A stretch of 64,000 bases of DNA. Origin: Nannocystales bacterium. Its GTDB lineage: Bacteria; Myxococcota_A; Polyangia; Nannocystales; Nannocystaceae. The DNA lies in NCBI GenBank assembly GCA_050633305.1, contig JBOEGF010000027.1:63403-127402 (forward strand), written 5' to 3'. The notes under the pieces are model-generated. The model saw nothing but the letters and a program-made list of their open reading frames with translations. It searched no databases and had not been told where the DNA came from. Position numbers and translations under genes: made by a program. Shown in pieces: positions 38,194 to 47,159 of this stretch (the first letter of the stretch is position 1; the number at the start of each line of letters is the position of its first letter).

Positions 38194-38613
38194 ATGCTCC
38201 GAGCCGTGCTCTTGCTGGCCCTCGCCTGCTGTGGGGTCGGATGCCGCCCATGCAACGAGCGCTGCGTCGGCGGAATGCGGATTTCGCTGGAGGCCGACCC
38301 GGTGCTCTCGGATGGCCGGTACGACGTGGTCGTCACACTGGACGGCGGCACGGCTCTCGAAGCGAGCTGTACCATCGCGGAGCGGGGCACCGTCGCGACC
38401 TGCGAGGGCAGTCTCCACGCTCTCGGGGAAGACGGTTCGCAGGACCTCAACGTCCTGCGACTCTCAGAGCCCGCTTCGGGGGCCGAACACGTCGAGGTGG
38501 AGGTGTACTGGAACGACACCCTCCGCATCGACGCGGATGTCCAACTCGATCAGGAACCGAGCGAGTCCTGCAACCCGCACTGTGCCTGGGCGAGCGCAAC
38601 CCTCCCCTTGTAG
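38194..38613 (+). CDS. Small Cys-containing lipoprotein of unknown function
   Basis: MLRAVLLLALACCGVGC lipobox. Similar layout to 37064..37504. Confidence 0.65.
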   Translation: MLRAVLLLALACCGVGCRPCNERCVGGMRISLEADPVLSDGRYDVVVTLDGGTALEASCTIAERGTVATCEGSLHALGEDGSQDLNVLRLSEPASGAEHVEVEVYWNDTLRIDADVQLDQEPSESCNPHCAWASATLPL

Positions 38614-38624
38614 TTCGGTCGACG

Positions 38625-39617
38625 CTACTGCGCCGCCAGCCCGCTCGACGGCACGGGGACCTCCGTGAGCCTCACAACCGCCTCGAACCCCGCCTCCTGC
38701 AGAGGAACGTCACCGAACTGCTCGAAGCTGTCCTGCAACCCCATGGGTCCGACGAGCTTCTTCGGGTGCGCGGTCGCGTAGAACAGCCCGTTGGTGTCGT
38801 CGTCGAACTCGAGCGCGTCGACATACCGTCTCGCGGCGACCTCCAGCGACCCGGCCATGCCCACCATGGGGCCCAGAGTCTTCATGAACGCATTCAGCAT
38901 CTTCATACCGAACCCCGCGCTGCGAGCGAAGTTGCTGCTCGGAGCCGAACCTGGGGACACTGCGTTGACCGTCATACCGCCGGGCAACCGTCGCCCCAAG
39001 GCTGCAGCCCACCATGCGACAACGAGCTTCGCCGTGACGTACTCCTGCATGTTGGCGAAGCCTTCCTGAGCTTCGGTCTTCGCCAAGGCCACGATCGCAG
39101 CGGTGGAGTCACCATCGAACTGGTCGCGCGCGACGGCGGCAACATCGTGCAGCGGCGTCCCGGGTATCGTTCCGCGAGCCCCTTCGGACCCAGCAATGAC
39201 AATCCGGGCATGGGAGGACAGGAAGCCGGCCTCCCACAGGCGCATCGTCAACACATGGTGCCCGACCAGCGTCGAGGCCCAGGTGATTTCGACGCCGTCC
39301 GAGTTGTACTGCGGCTGCGAACTCGATGCGCCGGCGTTGAGGACGAGTCCATCGATGGGCGTGCCACGTTCGATCAGCTCGTCCGCTGCAGCGCGGGCAG
39401 TCTCCCTCTCAGAGGTGTCGACGGCCAACGTCGCAAAGACATCCTTGCCGACGCGCTCCCGTAGCGCGGCCCGGGCCGCCTCCGCCTTTTCGACGCTGCG
39501 GCACGCCAGGATGACGGTGCCCCAACCGGCCTCGGCAAGCTGCGCTGCGGCTTCAAATCCGACACCAGAGTTCGCGCCCGTGACGAGCACTGTGTTGTTC
39601 TTTCGAGTCTGAGTCAT
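38625..39617 (-). CDS. Short-chain dehydrogenase/reductase
   Basis: VLVTGANSGVGF, LNAG, YVTAK, NAVSPG. Confidence 0.9.
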   Translation of the reverse strand: MTQTRKNNTVLVTGANSGVGFEAAAQLAEAGWGTVILACRSVEKAEAARAALRERVGKDVFATLAVDTSERETARAAADELIERGTPIDGLVLNAGASSSQPQYNSDGVEITWASTLVGHHVLTMRLWEAGFLSSHARIVIAGSEGARGTIPGTPLHDVAAVARDQFDGDSTAAIVALAKTEAQEGFANMQEYVTAKLVVAWWAAALGRRLPGGMTVNAVSPGSAPSSNFARSAGFGMKMLNAFMKTLGPMVGMAGSLEVAARRYVDALEFDDDTNGLFYATAHPKKLVGPMGLQDSFEQFGDVPLQEAGFEAVVRLTEVPVPSSGLAAQ

Positions 39618-39638
39618 CGTTCGTTCCTCGGTTTGCCG

Positions 39639-40079
39639 TCAGGCGTTGGCTTGGGTTTCGATGGTCACCACGCTCGCGTCGAACGCCACGCAGCTCTCCA
39701 GCTGCGCGATTCGGCCGTCGAAGTCGTGGGTCTTCTGGTAGCTCCAGGCCGCGCGCTCGAGCACGCGCTCCCCCGCCACATCAAACGCCGCGGCCGTCCC
39801 CTTGAGCGGACATGTCGTGACGACCGAGGTCGGCTGGAGCGCAGCGGCCTCGACATCCTGAGGTGGGAAGTAGATGACGGCGTCGTAGATGCGCTTGCCG
39901 ACCTCTCGAACCCGCAAAGCGGCGCTCGAACGAGCCAACACCCGGCCACCCACCCGCGCGGTCACCACACCCTCGACCGGCTCGAGCACCATGAAGTGCC
40001 GCGGCTCATCCGGGCGCACGATGGCTCCTTGGACCATGGAACTCGGCGTCAGCGACTGTTTGACTGCATTTTCGATCAT
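39639..40079 (-). CDS. DUF427 domain protein
   Basis: ALRVRE, VIYFP, TTCPLKGTA, AAWSY, VAF. ATG 40079 with SD. Confidence 0.85.
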   Translation of the reverse strand: MIENAVKQSLTPSSMVQGAIVRPDEPRHFMVLEPVEGVVTARVGGRVLARSSAALRVREVGKRIYDAVIYFPPQDVEAAALQPTSVVTTCPLKGTAAAFDVAGERVLERAAWSYQKTHDFDGRIAQLESCVAFDASVVTIETQANA

Positions 40080-40167
40080 CTGTGTCTCGACCTTCCAACG
40101 AGGTATGGCCTCGCCTTCGCCAAAGAAAAAGAACCGTTTCCGAGTCATAATGGTACAAAAATGGACC

Positions 40168-41031
40168 ATGCCGTCGATCGACGAATTGGATTGGGACCAC
40201 CTCCGGGTGTTCCTTGCAACGATCCGAAGCGGCACGCTCCGCGGCGCAGCCGATTCGCTGGGACTGAGTCACCCCACAGCCCGTCGACGCCTCGGAGCCT
40301 TGGAGGAACAGCTGGGCCTCCAACTCTTTGAGCGGCGGCGCGACGGCTTGCACCCCACGCTGGAGGCCGCGGAGCTTCGACACGCAGCCGAAGACGTCGA
40401 GCGAGCGATTCATGCTTTGGGTCGCGTCGCCCAAGCGGCGGACCCGGCACTGCGAGGACCGATTCGCGTCACCGCCCCGGACGTCGTCGCAAACGAGTTG
40501 CTCATGCCCGACTTCGTCGCGTTCCAGCAACGCTGGCCCGCCATCGAGCTGCAAATCGAGAGTTCCTACCAACTCGCCAACCTCGACAAACGCGAGGCCG
40601 ACATCGCGATTCGTGCCATACCGGTCGGCAAGCTTCCGGACCAACACCTCACCGGAAGAAATGCAGGGACCGCGTACCAGGCGGCGTACGGAGAGCCCAC
40701 GGCATGGATCGGCTGGAAGGGCGAAGTCGCCGACCGGCCCTGGATCCGCGGGACCCCATTCCCCGACCTCCCGGTCGTCGGGGCCTTCGACGACGTCGCG
40801 CTCCAGCGCAGCGCATGCGCGGCGGGGATGGGCCTGTCGCTGCTCCCCTGTTTCTACGCCGACCCCACACTCCCGCGCCGCAGCGAACCCCGGCCACACT
40901 TCGACCTTTGGGTGCTCGTCCACCCCGATCTCCGCCGTAGTCCCAGGTTGCGGGCGTTCCGGGACGCCATGGTCGAAGCGATCGCCTCGTACCGTTCGCG
41001 TCTGGAAGGACACCACCCCACCTCAACGTGA
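40168..41031 (+). CDS. LysR family transcriptional regulator
   Basis: LDWDHLRVFLA...AA..LGLSHPT..RRL..LEEQLG..LFER, EADIAIR. Divergent from DUF427-SDR. Confidence 0.92.
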   Translation: MPSIDELDWDHLRVFLATIRSGTLRGAADSLGLSHPTARRRLGALEEQLGLQLFERRRDGLHPTLEAAELRHAAEDVERAIHALGRVAQAADPALRGPIRVTAPDVVANELLMPDFVAFQQRWPAIELQIESSYQLANLDKREADIAIRAIPVGKLPDQHLTGRNAGTAYQAAYGEPTAWIGWKGEVADRPWIRGTPFPDLPVVGAFDDVALQRSACAAGMGLSLLPCFYADPTLPRRSEPRPHFDLWVLVHPDLRRSPRLRAFRDAMVEAIASYRSRLEGHHPTST

Positions 41032-41098
41032 CCCGTGCACGCCCCGGCTGCGTCACCGCCCCTGGCCGCCTACCCGCGCGGGCTGATACGCCTGTTCG

Positions 41099-42238
41099 GT
41101 GGCCGCGCGATTGTTCTACACCGATGAGCACGACGCCTTTCGCACCCAGGTCCGCAAGTTCGTACAGCGGGAGATCAGCCCCAACATCGAAGCCTGGGAA
41201 GAGGCCGCAGAGTTTCCGCGCAGTCTCTACCGCGCCGCCGGCGAGATGGGCTTGCTGGGACTGGGCTTCGCCGAGGACTACGGGGGCACACCCGCAGATG
41301 GGTTCCACAAACTGATCCTCACCGAGGAGCTGTCGCGTCCCGGCTCCGGAGGGATCATCGCCGGCCTGATGTCCCACGGCATCGGACTCCCACCGATCGC
41401 CAACATGGGCAGCGGCGCCCTCAAGGAACGGTTCATGCCCTCGGTCCTCAGCGGCGAAAAGATCTGCGCGCTGGCCGTCACCGAGCCTTCGGGGGGCTCC
41501 GATGTGGCCAACCTGCGAACCACCGCCCGCCTCGAAGGCGAGCACTACATCGTCGACGGCTCCAAGACCTTCATCACCTCCGGGATGCGGGCAGATGTGA
41601 TCACCACCGCGGTGAGGACCGGCGAGCCTGGGATGGCCGGCATCTCCATGCTCGTCATCGACGGCGACACGCCGGGCCTCACACGAACGCCGCTCAAGAA
41701 GATGGGCTGGTGGTGCAGCGACACCGCGACGCTCTACTTCGATGCCTGCCGTGTCCCGGCGGAGAACCTCATCGGTCAGGAGAACGAAGGGTTCCGCGGC
41801 ATCATGCAGAACTTCAACAACGAGCGGCTCATGATCGCCGGGATGGCGATTGCGGCCGCCCAGGTGTGCTGGGATGAAGCGGTCGCGTACTCCAAGGATC
41901 GCGAGACGTTCGGTCGCCCGTTGTCCAAGCGGCAGGTGATCCGGCACAAACTCGTCGACATGGCCCAGCGCATTGGGTCCGCCCGCGCGACACTCGAGTT
42001 GCTCACCTGGCGCGTGGACCAAGGCCAATGGCCCATCGCCGAGGTCTGCATGCTCAAGAACACGGCCACCCAGTGCATGGAGTTCTGCGCGAAGGAAGCC
42101 GTTCAGATCCTAGGCGGCGCGGGCTACATCCGCGGCGTCAAGGTCGAGCGCATCTACCGGGAGACCAAGGTGCTCTCGATCGGTGGCGGGGCGGAAGAGA
42201 TCATGAAAGAGCTCGCCGCCCGTCAGCTCGGCCTGTAG
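41099..42238 (+). CDS. Acyl-CoA dehydrogenase
   Basis: ALAVTEPSGGSD, GSKTFITSG, FNNERL, RETFGRPL, QILGGAGY, IGGGAEEIMK. Confidence 0.95.
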   Translation: MAARLFYTDEHDAFRTQVRKFVQREISPNIEAWEEAAEFPRSLYRAAGEMGLLGLGFAEDYGGTPADGFHKLILTEELSRPGSGGIIAGLMSHGIGLPPIANMGSGALKERFMPSVLSGEKICALAVTEPSGGSDVANLRTTARLEGEHYIVDGSKTFITSGMRADVITTAVRTGEPGMAGISMLVIDGDTPGLTRTPLKKMGWWCSDTATLYFDACRVPAENLIGQENEGFRGIMQNFNNERLMIAGMAIAAAQVCWDEAVAYSKDRETFGRPLSKRQVIRHKLVDMAQRIGSARATLELLTWRVDQGQWPIAEVCMLKNTATQCMEFCAKEAVQILGGAGYIRGVKVERIYRETKVLSIGGGAEEIMKELAARQLGL

Positions 42239-42256
42239 CCGAAGCATCGGTGGGTT

Positions 42257-42643
42257 TCAGCCCAACGCCGGCAACTCGAAGTAGCCTCGCAGCGCCTCGA
42301 TGCGGTGCTGCTCATCGAGGTCGTAGACGAACACGCCGGGGTACTCGATGAGGGTGTCGTCGGACAGCGTGAGCGACACCGTGGCCACACGCGCAACGGA
42401 CCGTCCGGACGCGTGTTCTTCCCGCACCTCGAACTTCACCGCACGCAGGGGGGCGACCAACGCGTCCCACAGCTTGCCGATCTCGGCCCGTCCTCGGAAG
42501 CCCTTCGCCTCCGGGTCGAGCGGCGAGCCCCCGACGGGGTCCCGCACCCATGCCGTTGGAGAGAAACAGTCGAGCCAGGCGTCCTTGTCCATTCTCATGA
42601 CGGACTGCATGGCGCGCTCAGGTGTGCTGGAGGGTGTGCTCAT
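42257..42643 (-). CDS. NTF2/SnoaL-like (ketosteroid isomerase-like) protein
   Basis: DKDAWLDCF...DPVG...GRAEI..LWD, FVYDLD...I..LRGYF. Confidence 0.8.
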   Translation of the reverse strand: MSTPSSTPERAMQSVMRMDKDAWLDCFSPTAWVRDPVGGSPLDPEAKGFRGRAEIGKLWDALVAPLRAVKFEVREEHASGRSVARVATVSLTLSDDTLIEYPGVFVYDLDEQHRIEALRGYFELPALG

Positions 42644-42658
42644 GATCGTTCCGGTTGC

Positions 42659-42698
42659 TTTACACGTGTAAACATAGCGATAACTTTACACGTGTCAA
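42659..42698. promoter_or_regulatory. Tandem TetR operator palindromes
   Basis: TTTACACGTGTAAA (42659-42672, perfect) and TTTACACGTGTCAA (42685-42698) between the divergent NTF2 and TetR genes. Confidence 0.8.
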
Positions 42699-43285
42699 CT
42701 GCAGAGACGCGCGAAACGATCCTCGTCGCCGCGTGGCGGCTGATGAAGACCGATGCTTCGAACGTGACCATGGCCTCGATCGCCCGTGCGGCAGAGGTCA
42801 GTCGGCAGGCCGTGTACCTGCACTTCGAGTCCCGAGCGGGACTACTGCTCGCACTGGTCCGCTGGAGAGACGAGGCGTCGAACTTTTTCTCCCGGATCGA
42901 CCGAGCTTCCAACAACCTCGAGCCCCTCTCGGCCCTCGAGGGCTGCCTGCGCACATGGCTCAACTACCTCCCGGAACTCGATCCGGTCCCGCTCTACCTC
43001 GCCCGTGCTCGCGACGACCCTCCGGCGTATGCCGCTTGGTCCGACCGCATGCGCGCCCTCGAAGCTCTGTACCGCGAACCCATCGTCCGGCTGGATGCGG
43101 AGGGAAGCCTCCTGCTGAGTCCCGACCGGGCGGTCGCGGCGGTCCGTGCCGTCGCGGGGCTCTCCGCGTGGCAGCACTTGGTCAAGGACTGCGGGTGGGG
43201 GCAACGGGCGGCGGTCGACACGATCTGGCGAGCGACCTGTGGAGCGATTCTTCACCCAGACGCGTGTCGCGGAACAGAACGCTAG
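42692..43285 (+). CDS. TetR/AcrR family regulator
   Basis: TRETILVAA...TMASIARAAEVSRQAVYLHF. GTG start lies inside the second operator. Confidence 0.9.
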   Translation: MSTAETRETILVAAWRLMKTDASNVTMASIARAAEVSRQAVYLHFESRAGLLLALVRWRDEASNFFSRIDRASNNLEPLSALEGCLRTWLNYLPELDPVPLYLARARDDPPAYAAWSDRMRALEALYREPIVRLDAEGSLLLSPDRAVAAVRAVAGLSAWQHLVKDCGWGQRAAVDTIWRATCGAILHPDACRGTER

Positions 43286-43911
43286 CGGGCGCCGACGGCT
43301 CCACGGAGGTACCCGGTCCACAACCGCGTGAGCTCATCCACGAAGTCCTCCAGGGCCACCCCCTCGTCGTCGGCAACGTACCCGTGCACCAGCGCGTTGC
43401 TCCCCTCGACCACCACACGCGTTGCGAGCTCCAAGTCGGGGACGGCAACCTCGGGGTGCAGGGCCAACCACGCTTGTGTCATCCGACGGATGCTGCGTTG
43501 CGCCTCAGCAATACGTGCCCGGACTGGAGGCAGCGCGGCGACTCGCTCGATGAAGACACGTTGGAGCCCCGGCCGCGCCAGGTGCTCGGCGAGCAGCTGC
43601 GAGACGAGGGCATGAACACCATCCTCGAGCGCGGTCGCTTCGGGCGGGTGTTCGTCCAACACCTTGCCCAGCGCCGTCGTCGCCTCCTCGACGTGAGCCT
43701 CGAACAACCGCCCCAAGATCGCCTCCTTGTTCGGGAAGTACTCGTACAGCGACCCGATGGATACGCCCGCGAGCCTCGCGATGCCGTTGGTGGTCGCTGC
43801 CCCGTGGTCGAAAAGCCGAGTTGCAGCCTCCAGAATACTGTCCACGGTGTGGCGAGAACGGTCTTGAACCGGTCTCCGGCGCCGCTGTGGAGGTTTGGAG
43901 GGGTCGGACAT
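43282..43911 (-). CDS. TetR/AcrR family regulator
   Basis: PVQDRSRHTVDSILEAA...TTNGIARLAGVSIGSLYEYFPNKEAI. Confidence 0.92.
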   Translation of the reverse strand: MSDPSKPPQRRRRPVQDRSRHTVDSILEAATRLFDHGAATTNGIARLAGVSIGSLYEYFPNKEAILGRLFEAHVEEATTALGKVLDEHPPEATALEDGVHALVSQLLAEHLARPGLQRVFIERVAALPPVRARIAEAQRSIRRMTQAWLALHPEVAVPDLELATRVVVEGSNALVHGYVADDEGVALEDFVDELTRLWTGYLRGAVGAR

Positions 43912-43918
43912 GCGGTTG

Positions 43919-43948
43919 CGAACCCGAGTCGCGCGAGCCGAATCCGAG
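43919..43948. promoter_or_regulatory. Probable TetR operator direct repeat
   Basis: CGAACCCGAG and CGAATCCGAG, 20 bp apart, in the 52-bp gap between the divergent genes. Confidence 0.45.
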
Positions 43949-43963
43949 CCACACCCTAAGGGC

Positions 43964-44560
43964 ATGCACGGCGACACGCTCTGTAGCGTAGCACTCGGAC
44001 TCCTCACCCTGTACGGCCTCATTGCGCTGGTGGGGCGGACCGCGATCCTACGCCTCCGAGAAGAGGACACGGGCTGGCGCGGAATCTCAGGTTCCCCCGG
44101 CAGCCTCGCGTGGTGGGCGGGGGTATTGCTGGTCCTGTCCGTCGTCGGCCTCGGGCTCGCCCCTGCCCTCGCTCCGGCCGAACCCACGGTCGCACTGTGG
44201 CGTGTGCTCCTCGGTGGACTCGGGTTTGGACTCGGGCTTACGGGCACGGTGCTCGCCCAGCTCGCGATGGGACGCTCGTGGAGGATTGGTGTCCAAGCGG
44301 GCGAACAGACCGAGTTACGAACGAACGGACCGTTCGGGTGGTGCCGAAATCCCGTGTTCACAGCGATGCTGCTCACGACGGGGGCGCTGGTCGTGTGGGT
44401 CCCCTGGCTGCTCCTCCCCTGGACGCTCCAACTCGTCGCACTGGAGCTTCAGGTGAGGGTCGTCGAGGAGCCACACCTGCTCGCGACCCATCCCGAGGCC
44501 TACCTCCGGTACGCCGAGGAGACCGGACGTTTCCTCCCGCGTCTGGGACGCGGGCTCTAA
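43964..44560 (+). CDS. Isoprenylcysteine carboxyl methyltransferase / PEMT family membrane protein
   Basis: AQLAMGRSWRIG, LRTNGPF..CRNPVF, VRVVEEPHL, YL.Y...TGRFLP. Confidence 0.88.
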   Translation: MHGDTLCSVALGLLTLYGLIALVGRTAILRLREEDTGWRGISGSPGSLAWWAGVLLVLSVVGLGLAPALAPAEPTVALWRVLLGGLGFGLGLTGTVLAQLAMGRSWRIGVQAGEQTELRTNGPFGWCRNPVFTAMLLTTGALVVWVPWLLLPWTLQLVALELQVRVVEEPHLLATHPEAYLRYAEETGRFLPRLGRGL

Positions 44561-44621
44561 GGGCCCGGGCATTCCCCGGCGGCGCCATCAGGCTCGAAGA
44601 TCCAGGTACCATCGGGGCGCC

Positions 44622-45815
44622 ATGGCCCCTACCGCGACGCTCGGCGACCGCAGTCTCTTCCCAGCTCTTTCGCCGAAGGCGTACCTCAACCACGCTGCCG
44701 TTTCGCCGCCCTCCGCCCCGGTCCAAGAGGCGGTCGCGCAGTGTCTGTCGCACTACACCCAACAAGGGATGGGCGCGTTCATGACCTATCTCGAGCAGCG
44801 TGAAGTGCTGCGCGCCTCACTGGCCACCTTGGTGAACGTGCAGAGCAACGAGATCGGCTTCGTCCCGAACACCTCGTGGGGGGTGGTTTTCGCTGCGATG
44901 AGCTACCCATGGGAGACCGGCGATGGCGTCGTGCTGTTGGACGGAGAGTTCCCCACCAACATCACCCCGTGGCAACAGGCGGCATCCCTGTACGGCCTCG
45001 AGATCCACCGCATCAAGGCCTCGGACTTTGGAAGCCCTGACCCGGGTCTCGGCCTCGCCCAGCTCGACGCAGCACTTCGCAAGGGCGCAAAGGTTGTCGC
45101 CGTCTCGGCGGTCCAGTTTCAGACCGGTCTGCGGATGCCGTTGATGGCCATCTCCGCCCTCGCCCATCGCCATGGCGCATCCGTCTTCGTCGACGCAATC
45201 CAAGGCTGTGGCGTCGTGCCGCTTGACTTCAAGAAGCTGGGCGTCGACATGGCCAGCTGCGGCTCCCACAAGTGGATGATGGGCCTCGAAGGCTGCGGGT
45301 TCATCTACGTGGCGCAGCACCTCGGTCCCCGGCTGCGTCCCAGACTCTCCGCGTGGCTCAGCCACCAAGATGGGCTCGGTTTCCTGTTCGATGGACCGGG
45401 TCACCTCCGCTACGATCGCCCGGTCAAGACCGATGCGAGCATGGTCGAAGGCGGGGCGTACAACACGTTGGGATTCGTCGCGATGCACACCGCGTTGGAC
45501 TTGATCCAAAGCATCGGGGTGGAGGAGATTTTCGCTCACGTCCAGCGTTACCACGACGCACTCGAGCCCAAGCTGACCGCCCTCGGGCTCACCTCGCTGC
45601 GGTCGCCATCCCCGGGCGAACGCTCCGGAGCGCTCGCGTTCGAGGTCCCCGAATCGTTCGAACCGACCAAGCTCCCCGAGCGACTGGCGGCCCGTGGCAT
45701 CTCGGCCTCCATTCCCGACGGGTGCCTGCGGCTCGCTCCTCATTGGCCCAACGCCCTGGACGAGGTCGACGTGGTCGCCGAGGCGCTTGCCGAGGCGATT
45801 GCCGAGGTCAAGTAG
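44622..45815 (+). CDS. Class V PLP aminotransferase (cysteine desulfurase/isopenicillin epimerase-like)
   Basis: YLNHAAVSP, EFPTN, FVDAIQG, GSHKWMMG. Confidence 0.9.
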   Translation: MAPTATLGDRSLFPALSPKAYLNHAAVSPPSAPVQEAVAQCLSHYTQQGMGAFMTYLEQREVLRASLATLVNVQSNEIGFVPNTSWGVVFAAMSYPWETGDGVVLLDGEFPTNITPWQQAASLYGLEIHRIKASDFGSPDPGLGLAQLDAALRKGAKVVAVSAVQFQTGLRMPLMAISALAHRHGASVFVDAIQGCGVVPLDFKKLGVDMASCGSHKWMMGLEGCGFIYVAQHLGPRLRPRLSAWLSHQDGLGFLFDGPGHLRYDRPVKTDASMVEGGAYNTLGFVAMHTALDLIQSIGVEEIFAHVQRYHDALEPKLTALGLTSLRSPSPGERSGALAFEVPESFEPTKLPERLAARGISASIPDGCLRLAPHWPNALDEVDVVAEALAEAIAEVK

Positions 45816-45943
45816 ACACGCAGGACGCCCCACGACGACCTGCATCGACGCACCGTAGTACGCGACCAATCGAACGTTCCGAGGGCAGCCCTCGGAGACT
45901 CTGAGGGCACGTCGGACTCAGCCGAACGGTGGCTGCGACAGCG

Positions 45944-47083
45944 TCACGGAAGCACGAAGTCGGCAAATACCGACAGATGGTCGGAAGCGATCTGCGACGA
46001 GTAGCAGGCGAGCGGCTCGCCCTGCTTCGGCAGCCACCCACCCGGAGGGTCATCGTCCACGCCATTGTCCGCGCAGCCGTTGTAGACTTCGGCGCCCTCG
46101 AAGAGCGCCTGCCCATACATCACGTAGTCCAGCCGCGAGTCGAAGTTGCCACCGATGAACGTGCCGTCGTTTGCTGAGTCCTCCTGAAACGCCGTCGCGA
46201 TCTGAAAGCCCTGACTCGTGAGCACGTCGAACGGGTGGTAGCGCAGCGGAATCTCGATGTCGCTGCCGAGCTCGTAGGACGCAGGCAACGGCGGGACCTC
46301 GTCCAAAGACGTTCCCAGATCGTCGTCATCGAGTTGCTCGTTGAAGTCACCGAGCACGATGAGCGCGTCGGCAGGACGGTTCTCGCGATACAGCCGCACA
46401 CCTCGGGCCAACCGCTCGGCCTCGACCTGCCGTCGGAACAGATCCTCGTAGTCTCCTCCGGACTTGAGGTGCACCGTGAACAGCGCCGCATAACAACCCG
46501 GCTCCGGCTGAACCCTGACAGCGAGAATGTCTCGGCCGACATCGTTGGCACTGGGGTCACTGCTCAGCGCGCTCCCGCCGTAGCTTGCGATCAGCTCCAT
46601 CGGAATACGCGAGATGCACGCGTTGAAAATGTCGCCTCCGATCGCCGGGGACTGGTTGGCCAACACGACCCCGGAATACCCGGCAGCCTCAGCCAAGTCG
46701 GCCACCCAAGCTTCCTCTCCCTCGTTGACCTCCTGCATGCACACCACATCCGCGCCGATGCGCGCGATCGAAGCGGCCAGGCCCACGAACGGGTCGCTAC
46801 CGGGACTGGACACGGCCTCGATGTTGAACGTCGCGACGCGTAAGGGGGTGGCGTCGCAGTCGCTCTCCTCGCCGGTCGTCGGGTCGAAGGTCGTCGTCAC
46901 CCCGCCAACGCTGTCCGAGCCGGCCGTGGAGCTGGACGAGTCCTCCTCCCCGGAGGACGCAGCGGCTGTGCCCGTGCTCTCTGCGCCGGTCCCGTCGTCG
47001 CCGTCCGACAGCGACACGTCCGAGCTAAGGCAACCCGAAACGATCGAGACGAAGACAAGAGCAGCCGAGCGGATCCGACGCAT
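45944..47083 (-). CDS. Endonuclease/exonuclease/phosphatase family lipoprotein
   Basis: Lipobox IVSGC, Ser/Thr linker, motifs LRVATFNI, MQEV, VHLKS, LGDFNE, RLDYV, SDHL. Confidence 0.88.
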   Translation of the reverse strand: MRRIRSAALVFVSIVSGCLSSDVSLSDGDDGTGAESTGTAAASSGEEDSSSSTAGSDSVGGVTTTFDPTTGEESDCDATPLRVATFNIEAVSSPGSDPFVGLAASIARIGADVVCMQEVNEGEEAWVADLAEAAGYSGVVLANQSPAIGGDIFNACISRIPMELIASYGGSALSSDPSANDVGRDILAVRVQPEPGCYAALFTVHLKSGGDYEDLFRRQVEAERLARGVRLYRENRPADALIVLGDFNEQLDDDDLGTSLDEVPPLPASYELGSDIEIPLRYHPFDVLTSQGFQIATAFQEDSANDGTFIGGNFDSRLDYVMYGQALFEGAEVYNGCADNGVDDDPPGGWLPKQGEPLACYSSQIASDHLSVFADFVLP

Positions 47084-47159
47084 CCGCGGATGATGACACG
47101 AAAGCGGCCTCTGGGCGTACCGCGCCGCCGCCGCTGGAGAGCATCGGATCCAGACTCGA

